Notes under the pieces: generated by a model
Database searches by the model: none
Told to the model about the DNA's origin: nothing
The model's input: only the letters and a program-made list of their open reading frames with translations
Program-made: the position numbers and the translations under genes
Shown here: positions 41,395-54,396 of the stretch, piece after piece
Position numbering within the stretch: position 1 is the stretch's first letter
How the letters are laid out: every line of letters starts with the position of its first letter
Source: Felis catus
Taxonomy: Eukaryota
DNA length: 64,000 nucleotides
Assembly (NCBI RefSeq): GCF_018350175.1
Contig: NC_058368.1
Location: forward strand, 5,332,001-5,396,000
Direction: 5' to 3'

Positions 41395-42270
41395 TATAAA
41401 CTGTGATGAAACACATGTAGAATTCGCCATCTTAGGCATTAAGTACACAGTTCAGTGGCATTCAATATGTTTCTATTGTTGTATCATCACCATCTGTCTC
41501 CAGAACTCTTCATCTCACAAAATTAGAACTCGGTCCCCCTAAAACAGCAACTCCTCACTTCCTCCCCAGTGAGCCCCTGGCTCAACCACCATTCTGCTCT
41601 CTGTCTCTGAATTTGACTACCCTGGTATGTCCGAGAAGTGGAATCATACCATATTTGTCTTTTTGTGACTGGCTTATTTCACTTAGCATAATGTCCTCAA
41701 TTCATCTATTTTATAGCCTGTGTCAGATTGTCCATCCTTTATGACTGGATAATATTCTGTTACATGTGTAGCTCATGTATGGCTTATCCGTTTATTTGTC
41801 AATGGAAACTCGGGTGGTTTCTGCCTTTTGGCTGTTGTGAATGCTGCTTCTATGATCGTGAGCGTTCAACTATCTCTTAAAGACCCTTCAGTTATTTTGA
41901 GCATATGCTCAGAGGTGGAATTGCTGGGTCACATGGTAGCTTTATGTTGACCTTTTAAGGAACTATCTTGCCGTTTCTATAGCAGATGCTCTGTTGCACA
42001 TTCCCACCAGCGGTGAACGAGGGTTCCGGTGTCTCCACATCCTCACCAACATGTGTCATTTTGTGGGTTTTTTTTTTTTGTAGTAGCCATCTTGGTGGGC
42101 ATGAAGTGGTATCCCACTGTGATTTTGGTTTGATTTCCCTAAATGGTTAGTGATGTCGAACATCTGGTCATGGGCTTAGTGGCCATTTGTAGATCTTCTT
42201 TGGAGAAATGTCTAGTCAGTCCTTTGCCTGTTGAAAAAATTGGATTTTTTGCTTTTTCATTTTTGTGAAA
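41395..42270 (-). mobile_element. Old L1 (L1MB/L1MA-like) 3' end
   Basis: 'agtggaatcataccatatttgtctttttgtgactggcttatttcacttagcataatgtc' and 'cattcccaccagc' motifs. Confidence 0.88.
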
Positions 42271-42780
42271 CACTTTATATTTGGTCTGTCTCGCTCTAGT
42301 CCCTTAAAATGTGAAAACATATGGTTCATAGAGCTAAAACTCTGATTTTTTTAAAAAAACGGGTCATGTCAAAGACAATGCTTTTCACAGGTACTCTGTA
42401 AATGTTTGAATGATTGGACCAACTTTAGATCATTTTCCACTTACCGGCTAGAACTTCCGTTTAAAAGGTCACGCTGATGAGGCAGTGGCTATCTACCATA
42501 TAGGTACATCTATCTGTCTGTGGATGGGCTGCATACAAGGTGTCTTTAGGAGGGAATCAAAACTGAGGAGAACAGCTTGGTGGTAGAGAGGGGGACTAGA
42601 ACCGTGGGGGAGCCAACTAGCCTGTGAGAACACCCAGATGTCTATGCCAGGAGCTTACTTGTTTGCCGATGATCTTCGGGTTCTGAGGCATCCACGATCT
42701 TAAACTAAGCCTATTATGTGATGGTAACTCAGAAGTGAGCCTGTATTTTCCTTTTATGCCAAGTGTACTCAGGAATCCGA

Positions 42781-42821
42781 GAGATGGTTACATCTACACA
42801 GAGATGGTTACATCTACACAG
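42781..42821. repeat. Perfect 20-bp tandem duplication (gagatggttacatctacaca)x2
   Basis: Direct inspection. Confidence 0.95.
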
Positions 42822-42854
42822 CACTATGAGGCTCTAAGTACAAACTGGGAATTT

Positions 42855-43040
42855 TTTTTTTAAATGTTTACTTCTTTTTTGAGAGGGGGGAAGGCGCAGA
42901 AAGGGAGGGGGACAGAGGATCCAAAACAGGCTCCACACTGACAGTAGAGAGCCTGATGCGGGCCTCCAAGTCATGCAGTGTGAGATCATGACCTGAGCCA
43001 AAGTCGGACGCTCCACCAACTGAGCCAGCCAGGCACCCCC
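42855..43040 (-). mobile_element. Older Can-SINE
   Basis: Ends tgagccagccaggcacccc. Confidence 0.9.
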
Positions 43041-43963
43041 ACATCGGGACTTTTGGTTGACCTAGATCACGGAGTGATTTGTGAGGCCAGACAGGTTTTG
43101 GGGGATGTGACTGGCTGCCCTTGGAAGCCTGTTAATAATTCTTCTTCCTAACCAGTGTTGAACGTCTGGTTTTAGTGTAATGACTTCCACGTACTCAGTA
43201 TCTGCTGAACAGAGGTACAATTTTTATGTTTTTTTTTTTTTGTTCCATACTCCAAGCCCAGGGGGTATTCCCTATTTTTGACTAGAGTCCTTCTTCTCTT
43301 TCGCCTTGTTCCCTTCTCCCTCATTTTTAGTTGGGTTGAAGGCATTCCTGTTCTCAAAATATTTCATTGGTAGGTGTGGAATAGGAGTCCTGGGGAAATA
43401 AATTAGGTGTGTACCAGATCCCTGTGGAGCTCCCAAGTTGAGCTTTTTAGGCTGCAGGGCTCTGAGGATGAAGCAGACCAGACAGGGACAAAGGAAGGGG
43501 CCCAAGAGTTAGAAGCATTGGGCCTAGGTCCCAATGCTTACTTCGCCTCACATATAAGTGGGAGGAAATAACAGGGATTACCTCAAAGAGCCAGACCTGG
43601 CATCCATCACTTTCACTTGACCGACAAATATGTCCGGGGTGGAACTCCAAATGCTTGTAAATGATCAGGATTTATCTCTCTGCTTTGAGTTAGTCACCTG
43701 TTGCCAAAACAACATCTAAGCTCTGTAATACAGATGAGATCGGGGGTCTTTGAAACAGGGCTGGGGGGGTGGTGGATCATATGTACCCCAGGGGAGCACT
43801 AGATGATGATGCGTTACGATGCCAGAAGAAAATGTGCTTTTTCTTTTTTTAAGTTTAAAAAAAAAAGTGCCGTGAAATCAGCTTCATTGATGATCACATA
43901 TAGGTTGGCACTGGCACACCCAATCCTATTTCAGGTGCCCTGATTAGAAATGGGCCTGGGAGG

Positions 43964-44157
43964 GGGGCGCCTGGGGGGCTCAGTCAGTTGAGCATCCGGC
44001 TTCGGCTCAGGTCATGATCTCGCGGTCCGTGAGTTCGAGCCCCGCGTCAGGCTCTGTGCTGACAGCTCGGAGCCTGGAGCCTGTTTCAGATTCTGTGTCT
44101 CCCTCTTCCTCTGCCCCTCCCCTGCTCACGCTCGGACTCTGTCTTTCAATAGTAAAT

Positions 44158-44194
<37 letters not shown>
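43964..44194 (+). mobile_element. Can-SINE with ~29-nt poly-A
   Basis: TSD gaaatgggcctgggagg (43947-43963 / 44195-44211). Confidence 0.95.
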
Positions 44195-44195
<1 letters not shown>

Positions 44196-44956
44196 AAATG
44201 GGCCTGGGAGGAGTGGGTAGGAGGAGGGAGGCAATCACTCTTTGGTTTGCGAAATATTGCCCTTTGCGTGTACTGGTTAAGTGGATTTGTGGGCCACGTT
44301 TAGTTTTGGGAAAACTGACTCTCCCAAGATACCAGCTTACGTGGATCCCTGTTTAAAAAAAAAAAAAGGATTGGGGGTAACACTAGTGGCAGCAGAAGCC
44401 ACACCGTTACGGCATGCTAGTCCAGGCTTTTCTTCAGCTACTGGATGAGTTAAGGCAGTTATCAGATCTCCCAAGTTAAACAAATTTCAGAATTACTCAG
44501 GAGGCCATTATCATTAGTCTTGAATCTTTTCAAAAACGTATATGGTGTCTTGAAATGTTAGCTGTGGTGACTAAAAAAACCCTCTCAGGATTCATGAGGC
44601 TTTGAAAACTGAGAATGAGGAGTATGAGAATAAAATTGTACAGTTTTATTAGCAATGGATAAAAACATCTAATATTCAAGTTACTCTCCAAATTTCACAA
44701 AACCGGCTAGCTATCGACTGAAGACATCCTTTGATACTTGACAAGAAGTGCCACGCCTTTTGGGGAGCATTTGTGTACCCTCCAGTAATACGGATAAAAT
44801 AACACAGCCACAATTAAAACAAAGATGCATGGAAGACCTACAGAAAATCTTGCTGGGGTTTTCTGAGGAACAGGTAATTGAGCAAAGTGTGAAATGTAGG
44901 AGATTTGTTCCATATTTGGGTGAAAGTGTAGCTGTTTCTAAAATGGGTTAACTTAC

Positions 44957-45177
44957 GGGGTGCCTGGGTGGCTCAGTCGGTTGAGGGTCCGACTTCAGCT
45001 CAGGTCATGATCTCACAGCTCGTGAGTTCGAGCCCCGTGTCAGGCTCTGTGCTGCTAGCTCGGAGCCTGGAGCCTGCTTTGGATTCTGTGCCCCTCTCTC
45101 TCTCTGCCCCAACCCACTCGCATTCTGTCTCTGTCTCAAAAATAAATAAACATTAAAAAAAAATTTTAAAAATAAAT
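44957..45177 (+). mobile_element. Can-SINE followed by (CA)n
   Basis: TSD aaaatgggtta(a/c)ctta. Confidence 0.93.
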
Positions 45178-45196
45178 AAAATGGGTTACCTTACTT

Positions 45197-45232
<36 letters not shown>

Positions 45233-45687
45233 ACATTCTAGTTTTGATGAGCCATCAAAGGAAAGATGTATTGGTAAGGATATATTCTGAGCAAAATATT
45301 AGTTCTTTAACACAAGTTTTATGAAATGAGTATGTATCATCACTGATGGGATGGTCTCTTAGGAATGAAAGTGGAATCCTGTAAAATTCACTAGTGACCT
45401 CGGTGGCAGAGACTGCGTTTGCCAGCATCCTTCTGGCTGGATGGGACTCTGACATTTCATTCTCACCGGTGGCATGTGAGCAGAAGTGAGATGGGAAATT
45501 TCTGCATTACCCAGTGAAAAGGAAATCCCTGGCCCTGGTTTCTTGGTTCTTTCCATTTTGTTGACTGCAAATGGCACCCGCTAGAGTCTCTTTGGAAGTG
45601 ACTGTGTTGAGGAAGCTCCATATTGAGGAAGGCAGAGTTGTCTCACTGCTTCAGGTCCCTGGATGACTTGGAAGAGCAGAGAATCTG

Positions 45688-45689
<2 letters not shown>

Positions 45690-45782
<93 letters not shown>

Positions 45783-45796
45783 TGAGAGAGAGAGAA
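45690..45796. repeat. Compound (TG)n(GA)n microsatellite
   Basis: About 24 TG followed by about 20 GA units. Confidence 0.97.
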
Positions 45797-46864
45797 AGTG
45801 AAAGTGAAAGTTACATAGTTTGAAATCTTGCATGGCGGGGAGATCTTTGGTTAGCCTCACCCTACTAATGAAACAGAACCTTGTACTTAAAGTAGTGTCC
45901 GTACAGGCTCCTCGAGCATAGATATAGGGCTGTCCTCAGAGAGGAGGGTTTGCTTTGGTTGGCAAAGAGGAGGGGATGGGATTTGGAGGTCAAGGGACTT
46001 GGAGCCCTTCAGTTTGATACACTCGTCCCCATTGGAGTCTTTCAGATTGAGACACCTGTCTTAAGGTCCCGTGTTTTCCCAGTCATTGCCCTGACTTCCA
46101 CGGGAAGGGACCCAGTGAGTCTGTAACTACAGCCTGCATAGAATTCTACAACGTGAGCGTTTTTATCATCCCCAAAAGTTTCCTCGTTGTCCCTTGGCAG
46201 GCAGCCCTCCTCATCCCTAGGCAACCGCAGACCTACTTTCTGTGAGGATAGAATTTCATATGAATGGAACCAAACAATAGGTTCTGTTATTGTCTGGCCT
46301 TTATTCAACACGGTAATTTTGATGTTCGTTAATGTCGCTGGTTGTATCAGCTGATTCCTTTTTATTGATGAGCAGTATTTCATTGTATGGATGCACCACA
46401 ATTTATCCATTCTTCTGTTGATGGACATTTCAGTGATTGCCAGCTTAAGGCTATTATGAATAAAGCTTCCGTGAGCACTTTTTGTACGGGTTTTGTGTGG
46501 ACGCATGTTTTCATTTCTATCGGATAAGTCCCTAGGAGTGGAATTGTGGGGTCATAAAGAAATGTATATTTAGCTCTGTAAGAAACTGTCAGTTTCCATT
46601 TTATTTTACTACCAGTACTGAGAGTTTCCATTGCTCCCCATTTTCACCAGCACTTTGTGTTTTCAGTCATTCTAATTATTGCTTTAATTTGCATTTTTCT
46701 GATTGTTGATATTGGGCGCCCTTTATTATACTTAATGATAATTGTAAAAATCTTTGTGAAGTCTCTGTCAAATCATATGCCCAGTTTTAAATTGCATTTT
46801 AGTGAAATGAGTTTTTTGTATATCCTGGAGACAAGCCCAGTGTTAGGTGTATTGGTGACGTTCT

Positions 46865-46952
46865 TTTTTTAAGTTTATTTATTTATTTTAGAGAGCAGGA
46901 GCAAGTGGGGCAGGGGCAGCGAGGGGGGGAGAGAGAGGGAGAGGGAGAGAGA

Positions 46953-46983
<31 letters not shown>

Positions 46984-47110
46984 TGAGTTCCAAGCACGCT
47001 TGCATGGTTAGTGCAGAGCCCAACGTAGGGCTCGAACTCATGAGCCATGAGATCATGACCTGAGCTGAAACTAAGAGTTAGACACTTAGCCAGCTGAGCC
47101 ACCCAGGCAC
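46865..47110 (-). mobile_element. Older Can-SINE with expanded (GA)n
   Basis: Ends ctgagccacccaggcac. Confidence 0.9.
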
Positions 47111-47124
47111 TGCAGTGATCTTAA

Positions 47125-47690
47125 CAGTGGTAGGGAGGATAGGCCTAGGGTGACCCCCACAATTCCTCTCTTTGGGTGTCTACACCTTTGTCTAATTCCT
47201 TCCCTTTGAATGTGTGTGGAACTCACACTCATAGAATGTGGCAAGAGCTATGGAATGTCACTCCACTGATTATGGTACGTTATATAAGACTTCATCTTAG
47301 CAGTCTTGAGTGAGAGACTCTTCCCCCTTGATGGCTTTAAGACGTAAGTTGCCCTCCTGTGAGAAGGTCTGTGAAAGAGAACTATGTGGCAAGGAGCTTC
47401 AGGCAGCCTCTAGAAGCTGAGAGTGGCCCCAGCCTACAGTCAGCAAGAAAATTGGGAGCCCAGTCCTATAACTGCAAGGAGATGAATTCTGCCAACACCT
47501 TGAGGATGGTTGGAATCCAATCTAGTCCTCCTCCAGTCAGGCCTTCAGACCTTGCCTTGACCAACAGTGTGATTACAGCCTTGTGAGATCCTGAGTAGCA
47601 AATTCTGCCAAACTCTTCACAGACTCCTGATGCCTAAATGTATGTTGTCGTAAGTTGCTAAATTTGTGGTTGTGTTGCATAACAAGAGAA
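47125..47690 (+). mobile_element. ERVL-MaLR solo LTR (MLT1-type)
   Basis: 'tgtggcaaggagcttcaggcagcctctagaagctgagagtggcccc...gaattctgccaacacc...taagttgctaaatttgtggt' MLT1 motifs. Confidence 0.85.
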
Positions 47691-47865
47691 AGTATCTTTT
47701 TACAATATCTTTTTAAGAGTAGTTTTAAATTTTGTTGAAGTCCTTTTTATTTTTTTAGAGCTTTGATGCTCCAAGAAATATGCACTTACTCCGAGATGGG
47801 GAAGACTTGCTGTTGTGTTTTATTTTAGGAGTTTTATAGTTTTTAGCTTGTAAACTTAAGTCTAT

Positions 47866-47911
<46 letters not shown>

Positions 47912-48852
47912 GTGCATGGGTGTGAGGTAAAGATTGAAGTGCAGTTTATATCCCATAGGGCTATCTAGTTTTTCCAGCACCATTTGTGAACAATACTATT
48001 ATTTCCACATAGAATTACCTTGACTTGATCATATCTGTGACTCGATTTTTAGACCATCTATTCCATTTATGTATACATCTTTCTTTATGCCCAATTCCTC
48101 ATTGTCTTATTTATAGTACCTTTGTAACAAGTCTTGGATCCTCGAATCCTTTTTCAAGACTGTTTATTCTAGGACCTTTGGCATTTCTGTACACATTTGA
48201 GAATCAGGTTGTCGACTCCCCCAAAAGCTTTGCAGGATTTTTATGGAGGTTGCGTTAAATATATAGAAAAATTGGGGCAATTTGACGTTTTAATGGTGTT
48301 GAGATTTCTAATCCACAACATGATATATCTCTTATTTACTTAGGTCTACTTTAATTTCTCTCAGCAGTATTTTGTAGGTTTTAATATATAGGGCTTGCAT
48401 ACATCAAATGTTGTGGTTTTGTTTTCTAGCTGTAATTTAAGAATGATTTGGCTGTTCTCTTAGGCATTGATGTTTTCTTTTAGATCCTTTATTTATGATT
48501 TGTAAAATTTCTGGTAATTCCATTTCTTTGTCATTTCTGGGTCCAATTTCTCTTGGTTATAGGTCACTTTTCCTGTCATTTATTGTATGCTGTTTATTGT
48601 TAATATTATACTATCTGGAGTCTGTAATTTTTCTTTAAAGAGTATTGAGTTTTGGCAGGCAGTTGTTCACCTATAGTAGCCTTTACTCTAGAACTACTTT
48701 AGCTTTACTACTAAGATGAGACGTTAAGACTGCCACCTAAGACTGTAAATATTCACTTTAGTTTCTCTGCGGTGGATGGTTTGAACTTAAGTATCTCCCA
48801 GTATTGTATGAGTGCTGGGAATTTTTCACCTTACGGGCCTGATAGTTCTTTT

Positions 48853-48934
48853 GTCTGTCTATCCATCTGTCTATCCATCCGTCTATCCATCCATCTATCC
48901 ATCTATCCATCCATCTATCCATCCATCCATCATC
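48853..48934. repeat. (TCCA/TCTA/TCTG)n tetranucleotide repeat
   Basis: Direct inspection. Confidence 0.9.
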
Positions 48935-49749
48935 TGATTATTTACATAATTTTAAAAATTATATATTTTTTTATGTATAGGTTTTTTCCCAATATGGTCT
49001 CTGTACACATGCATAACTTAGTGTTTGGTCAGAGACACAAGGGAACCCTTATAGATTTCTCAAATTCTTTCTGTGTGTAGTTTCTCTTCATAATGCTACT
49101 TTGCAAATTCCAGTGACCTAGAATTCTCCAGCTGTACCTCCAATCAGAAAGCCTCAGCTTTCTGGTTCATCTCATTCACTTGATTTCTTTCAAGGATCAT
49201 AGTCCTTAGTTGCCTATTGTCCTGTGTCTAAAAACAGATGTTTCATATCTTTGTTTCCAGTTTTCTAGTTGTTTACAGGTCTGGTGTCTCCGTCACTTTA
49301 TGATGCCTAGAAGCAGAGTTTGACAAATCCCACTTCTGCCTCTGTCAGATCATCTTTGATGCATACTGATTTCAAGTTGAAAGACCTGTACCACTTGGAT
49401 TTTTCTTTTGTAACAGTTTGTTGCCCCTAGAGGTTGGCCAGTTGTCTCTGATTTGGGGAACTCTATGAAAATAACTGGCTCGGGAGAAAAGCAGAGGGTT
49501 GATAGGACCTCCCGGTTCCAGGGAAGAAGCAGGAGGAAGACCATCATTGATGTTAATTTAAATAACTGTTTTGGACCTCTTTGTCATGGACAACTAGCAT
49601 CTTTTTCCCCACTAGTGATGAGATCAACAGCACTTCCTTGAAACCCAAGCAGGTGAAATAGTGAATTTCTGTTTCCCATCTTTGGACTGTTTGTTAGAAC
49701 CACTTCTGGTACCAAATACAGGACTTGGCAGGCTTCAGTGCAGGAAGTA

Positions 49750-50660
49750 CAGTCAGATCTGATCAGGAGATAAATACCCCACACATTATTTGAACAGAGT
49801 GATTTTAATGAAAAAAAAAATTGTGAATTAATTTTGGAGTTGTTAATCAGACAACTGAAAGTCTAAGAAGAGAACTCGGGAGCAAATAACAACCCTCAGG
49901 AAAAATCTGAGCCCACGCTGTTGTTGCAAATAAAGTTTTATTGAACATTCCCATTTATTTACACATTGCCCATGTGTGTTTTCATACTACAGTGGTAGGG
50001 TTGGTTAGAAATTCAGTTAGTGACTTTTGGCACACAAATCCTAGAGTATTTACTATCTTGTCCTTTTTAGAACAGTTTGCCTGCTCTAAGGTACCTTGTA
50101 GTGGCAACTGAGGGAAGCAGGTACCGCTCGTGGGCTGAGGGAACAAAAGGAAAAAGATTGGACTCATTAATACTTTTAAACTTCAAAGAGGGGATTCTCA
50201 AAGCTGATACTCGGATCTCTGAAGAGTGGGAGATGGCCGGCTGGTCCAGAGTGTCTGCATTTTGGGTAGAAGACAGTGAAGATTGTTTTTGCAAGTGTTG
50301 CAGAAATCTGAAAACTGGATTCATCTTCTGCTCTTGGAAGGAACTGAGCTGCCCGGGGGCAAGAAGCAACTCGCAAGGCAATTGCAAGGGGACCGGAAAC
50401 CCACAGGAGACCAATGGGAAGGAGCAAGTTCCTTTTCCAAAGGCAGCTTCTCTCGTCCGTCTCTTGCGCCACCTACTGGCAGAGCCTACCGCAGAGCCCT
50501 CTGGCGAATCAGGAGTGTAGTGTATAGAGTTCCTGTTCCAGGATCACAGACTACATGCGGAAAGGTAGTTTTGAGGCTAAGGGTTGTTAACTCGACAACT
50601 GGCACAGAAACTAATTTCAAGTATAAAGAAAGTTAAAACGGTAAATTACTGGGAAAGCTG
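49750..50660. mobile_element. Probable old ERVL-class LTR, interrupted by MER58
   Basis: Start 'cagtcagatctgatcaggagataaataccccacacattatttgaacagagtgattttaatg' resembles old ERVL LTR ends; family uncertain. Confidence 0.4.
49895..50090. mobile_element. MER58-like hAT-Charlie DNA transposon fragment
   Basis: 'gcaaataaagttttattgaaca...tatttactatcttgtccttt tagaacagtttgcc'. Confidence 0.75.
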
Positions 50661-51564
50661 AATGAGCAGAAGTCTGCATGTCCCAGGTAGGTAGGTAGGT
50701 TTCCGGTTCATGCATCTGCACGTTTATTCTCAAGGTCAGGGCACTCTTGCTGCTATCCCAGAAGACTTGAGAAAATCACTGCTCTGATCTTCCGGCTTCC
50801 CTACCCCTGTGAAGCTGGCACTAGGTGGTGGAATGTAGAATACTTCCTCTGCAGATAAAGGAATAGCTGTCTTCATTCTGTTTTCTAAATCTTAAGCAAA
50901 TGTGTCTTGTGGATGGAATCTATCCTGAATCCTGCTAATAAGGAAGTCGGGGAAATACTGTTTTTAGCTTTACAGTCCTTGCAGTATAGAGAAGAACATG
51001 GAAGAGAATGGGAATAGACGGTGAGAATCCATCAGTAAACTATCTAGTACTGGCTGGTTCATAGGCAAGAAGCGGGAATCAGCACACAGAATGCTATAGG
51101 ATCTCACGGATGTGGCCAGTTTTATAAAAAGCCTTTAACATACGGTAGATTTTTTTTACTTTGTAATGACATGCGGAGTCACCGTGAACATTTTGTGGAC
51201 CACTGGGAAGTCTATTTTGTTTCTGTTGTTGTTCTCATGGCAAAGAACTTAACAGTTGTCAGACTTAAAGGTGATGAAGAATAGAATAGTGGCTAAGGAA
51301 GCAGGCTTTGGAATGCTCGGCTGGGTTCAAATCCCGTGATCTGTGCTTAGAAAAGTCTTTGACCCACAGTGAATTCTCCTAGTAAGTCAGTTACTATTTT
51401 CTGTTTTTCTTTTACAAGAGTCCACTTTCCCAATTTCATCTTTTCTCTAATGACAGGTGTCTCCATGGTAAGTTATTTAAAATACATTTAATATATGTAA
51501 GCACATTCACATATTCATACCCACAGGCATACTGTCATTATTTGTTGCTTCAAGTCGAAGATGA

Positions 51565-51600
51565 GATTGCATTCTTTTCTTTATGGCTGATTAATATTCC

Positions 51601-51634
<34 letters not shown>

Positions 51635-52262
51635 CGCACGCGCAGGCACGTGCTTCTGTGTGCATGGGCGTACCATATTTTCTTGATTCGTTTACCTGTT
51701 GATGGATCTGGGTTGCTTCCATATCTTTGCTATATATTTCAGTAAATATGGGGTACGCATATCTTTTTGAATTAGCGTTTTTCTTTCCTTTGGGTAAATA
51801 TCCAGTAGTGGAATTATTGGCTCATATGGTCATTCTGTTTTCACTTTTCTGAGGAATCTCCATATTGTTTTCTGCAGTGATCGCACCAATTTGCATTTAC
51901 ACCAGCAGTGCCCAAGGGTTCCCCTTTGTCCACATCCTTACCAACACTTCTTGTCTTTTTGATACTAGCCATTCTGACTGGCATGAGGTGGTATCTCATT
52001 GTGATATTGATTTGCATTTCGCTGATGATCAGCGATGTCGAGCACCTTCTCACGTGTCTGTTGGCCATCTGTAAGCAAGTCACAGAGATGAAGAGTTTAG
52101 CGTAGAGGATATGGTTGTTAACGTTGTAATATTTGGGGACACCCAGTGACTACACTTATCACAGTGAGCACTAAGTAATATATAGAATTGTTGAATCAGT
52201 GTTGTATACCTGAAACTAACACAGCATTGTATGCTAATAATACCTCAATAATAAATAAAAAA
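51565..52262 (+). mobile_element. 5'-inverted LINE-1 (inverted ORF2-end segment ~51565-52073 plus sense 3'UTR and poly-A ~52074-52262)
   Basis: Orientation switch at ~52073; TSD gaagatga (51557-51564 / 52263-52270). Confidence 0.82.
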
Positions 52263-52739
52263 GAAGATGAAGGCGAGAGGATAATGGCTCTTTTTGGGAT
52301 GGAGAAAACACTTGAAAAGATATGTTTAGAAACGCTTGTATTGTTATGGGACTTCCTGCAGAAAATGTGGGTTGCATATCTTAAGCCATGGACTAAGCAG
52401 CCTCCAGAAACCAAAGCTCGTGTGTGTTGAGTGCTTCTTCATGAGCGCCTGACACTTAGTGTGAGTTCTCGCTCTTAAACTTCCTAGAAATTCTTAAAGG
52501 TAATGAAGCTCTCCTCTTTTAAGGTTGGTGTTCAGATATTTTAAAAAAATTCCTCCCCATTTTTTTCCCCTGCCGTCCTGATAGTATTTACCCACTTGGT
52601 AGGATCCCCTTATAGCTGTATTTGTTCTTCAACATCTTTTCGTGGTGTACTAGAAATTTTGGTTGAGCAAGTTTTTTTCCTGATTTTAGACATGTTCAAT
52701 TAATAATTATTTTAATCCTTTAAAGGTATTTAACATATA

Positions 52740-54080
52740 AAGGACAGAGAGACTATCAAGTGTTATCGAGGAACATAAAGCAAGGTGAGGGGGACATGTC
52801 AGGCAGAAAGGGCAGAGGTGACTATGTTATGTAGGTTAGTTGGGGAAATTCTCTCTGATAGGATGATACTTGAGCAGATGTGGATGATGAGTGCTCTGGG
52901 GCTGTCTGGACAGGAGACTGCACTTCTCACTTTGCCTGGAACAGTCTCAGTTTATACTGTTGTTCTGGTATACCCTCATCATTCTATATCTGGGGGCCTA
53001 GTGTCCCAGGAAGGTGGTTTACCAAGTGCAAAGTCCCAAGGCCGATGCCTTCCTACTCTATTGAGCCGCAAGTGGCTGCAGTGGAGAGGGAGAGGGAGTC
53101 CAAGAAAGAGCAGGGACTTCACCTTGTAGTTTTGTAGGTGGTTGTCATGACTTGTCTTTTATTCTGAGTGAGATGGGTGGTCACTGGTGGAATCTGAGCA
53201 GCAGGGATACAATGTGGTAGATGTAGATGTAATGGAGGTGAGAACAGAAGCAGCGGGCCCACTTGGCAGGCTATTGTACTTATCCGGGTACAAGGTGATT
53301 GGGCCAGTTGGATCCAAATGTTGGCCGTGTTGGTGATGGAAGGTGGTGAGATTCTGGGTGTAGAGTCTTTTCACAGTAAAGCTAACAGGATTTGCTGGTA
53401 TATTGAATGTGGAATATAAGAAGGATAGGACTCCAAGGGTTTGGATCTGAGCAACTGGGAAGATTGAGTTGCCATTTCAGAGATGAAGACTGTAAGAGGA
53501 GCAAGTATGGTTGGGGGAATTAGAAGTTGTTTTGGGGTGTGTTAGGTTGAGGTGGTGATGAGAGATTGTTAGGCAGATGAACCTATAAATCTGAGATTCA
53601 GGGGACACGTCTAGGATGGAGAGAGATCCTTGGGAGTAGTAAGTGTACTATTTTAAACCATGAGACTTGATGGGACTGTATATTTTAAACTATAGAGATG
53701 GCAAAGAGTTAAGAACTAAGCTCTAGAGGAGTTTCATTGTGTAATAGCTTAGGAGATGAGAGCCAGCAGAGGAGACCAAGTGGGTGTGGCCATTAAAATA
53801 GGAAGAGAAACAAAAGTTTGGTATCCTGGAAACCTCATATAGAAGTAAGGTTCAAGAAGGAGGAACAACTGTATTGGTTGCTGCTTTATGGATCCAGTAA
53901 GACGGGGTCTGAGAATTTGTTATTGGAATCAGCAATGTGGACGTCCAACAGTGACCTTTCAAGAGTTTGGGGGGGGGGTTGTTGTAGAGATGAATGCCTG
54001 ATTGGAGTGGATTCAAAGGATTGGGTGGAGGAGAATGGGAGAAAAACTGTGTAGAGATTTCTGTGAGTTTTACTGAAACT
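52740..54080 (-). mobile_element. LINE-2 fragment
   Basis: 'ggatttgctggtatattgaatgtgg...gactccaagggtttggatctgagcaactgggaagattgagttgccattt' classic L2 motifs. Confidence 0.85.
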
Positions 54081-54180
54081 TTCGACAGATCTTTGGTTAG
54101 TACGGTGACCTATTTGCTTATTCTGTTAAGCAAATTAATGGGTCACTTATTCTTCTATTAACATATCACAAATTGTGATT

Positions 54181-54396
54181 AAAAAAAATTTTTTTTAACA
54201 TTTATTTATTTTTGAGACAGAGAGGGACAGAGCATGAACGGGGGAGGGGCAGAGAGAGGGAGACACAGAATCTGAAACAGGCTCCAGGCTCTGAGCTGTC
54301 AGCACAGAGCCCGACGCGGGGCTCGAACTCACGGACCGCGAGATCGTGACCTGAGCCTAAGTCGGCCGCTCACCGACTGAGCCACCCAGGCGCCCC
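54181..54396 (-). mobile_element. Can-SINE (young, CpG-rich)
   Basis: TSD aaattgtgatt. Confidence 0.95.

Larger units (their letters stand above)
46130..48420 (-). mobile_element. Old degraded L1, interrupted by a SINE and a MaLR LTR
   Basis: L1 motifs (EMSINRRMDKLWCIHTMKY; YDPTIPLLGTYP) at 46130-46860; resumes at ~47700 with 'ttttccagcaccatttg'. Confidence 0.8.

Noticed and set aside
47870..47910. ~41-nt poly-T run suggesting a retrocopy tail
   Set aside because: It is embedded in continuous old L1 sequence with no adjacent cDNA body or TSD; simple homopolymer expansion.
50067..50636. Cluster of overlapping 98-147 aa ORFs on both strands
   Set aside because: No recognisable homology; it lies in probable old LTR and MER sequence.
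53104..53123. 15-bp match (gaaagagcagggact) to the 17268/19101 duplicated unit
   Set aside because: Too short, purine-rich and inside an L2 remnant; it cannot be distinguished from chance.
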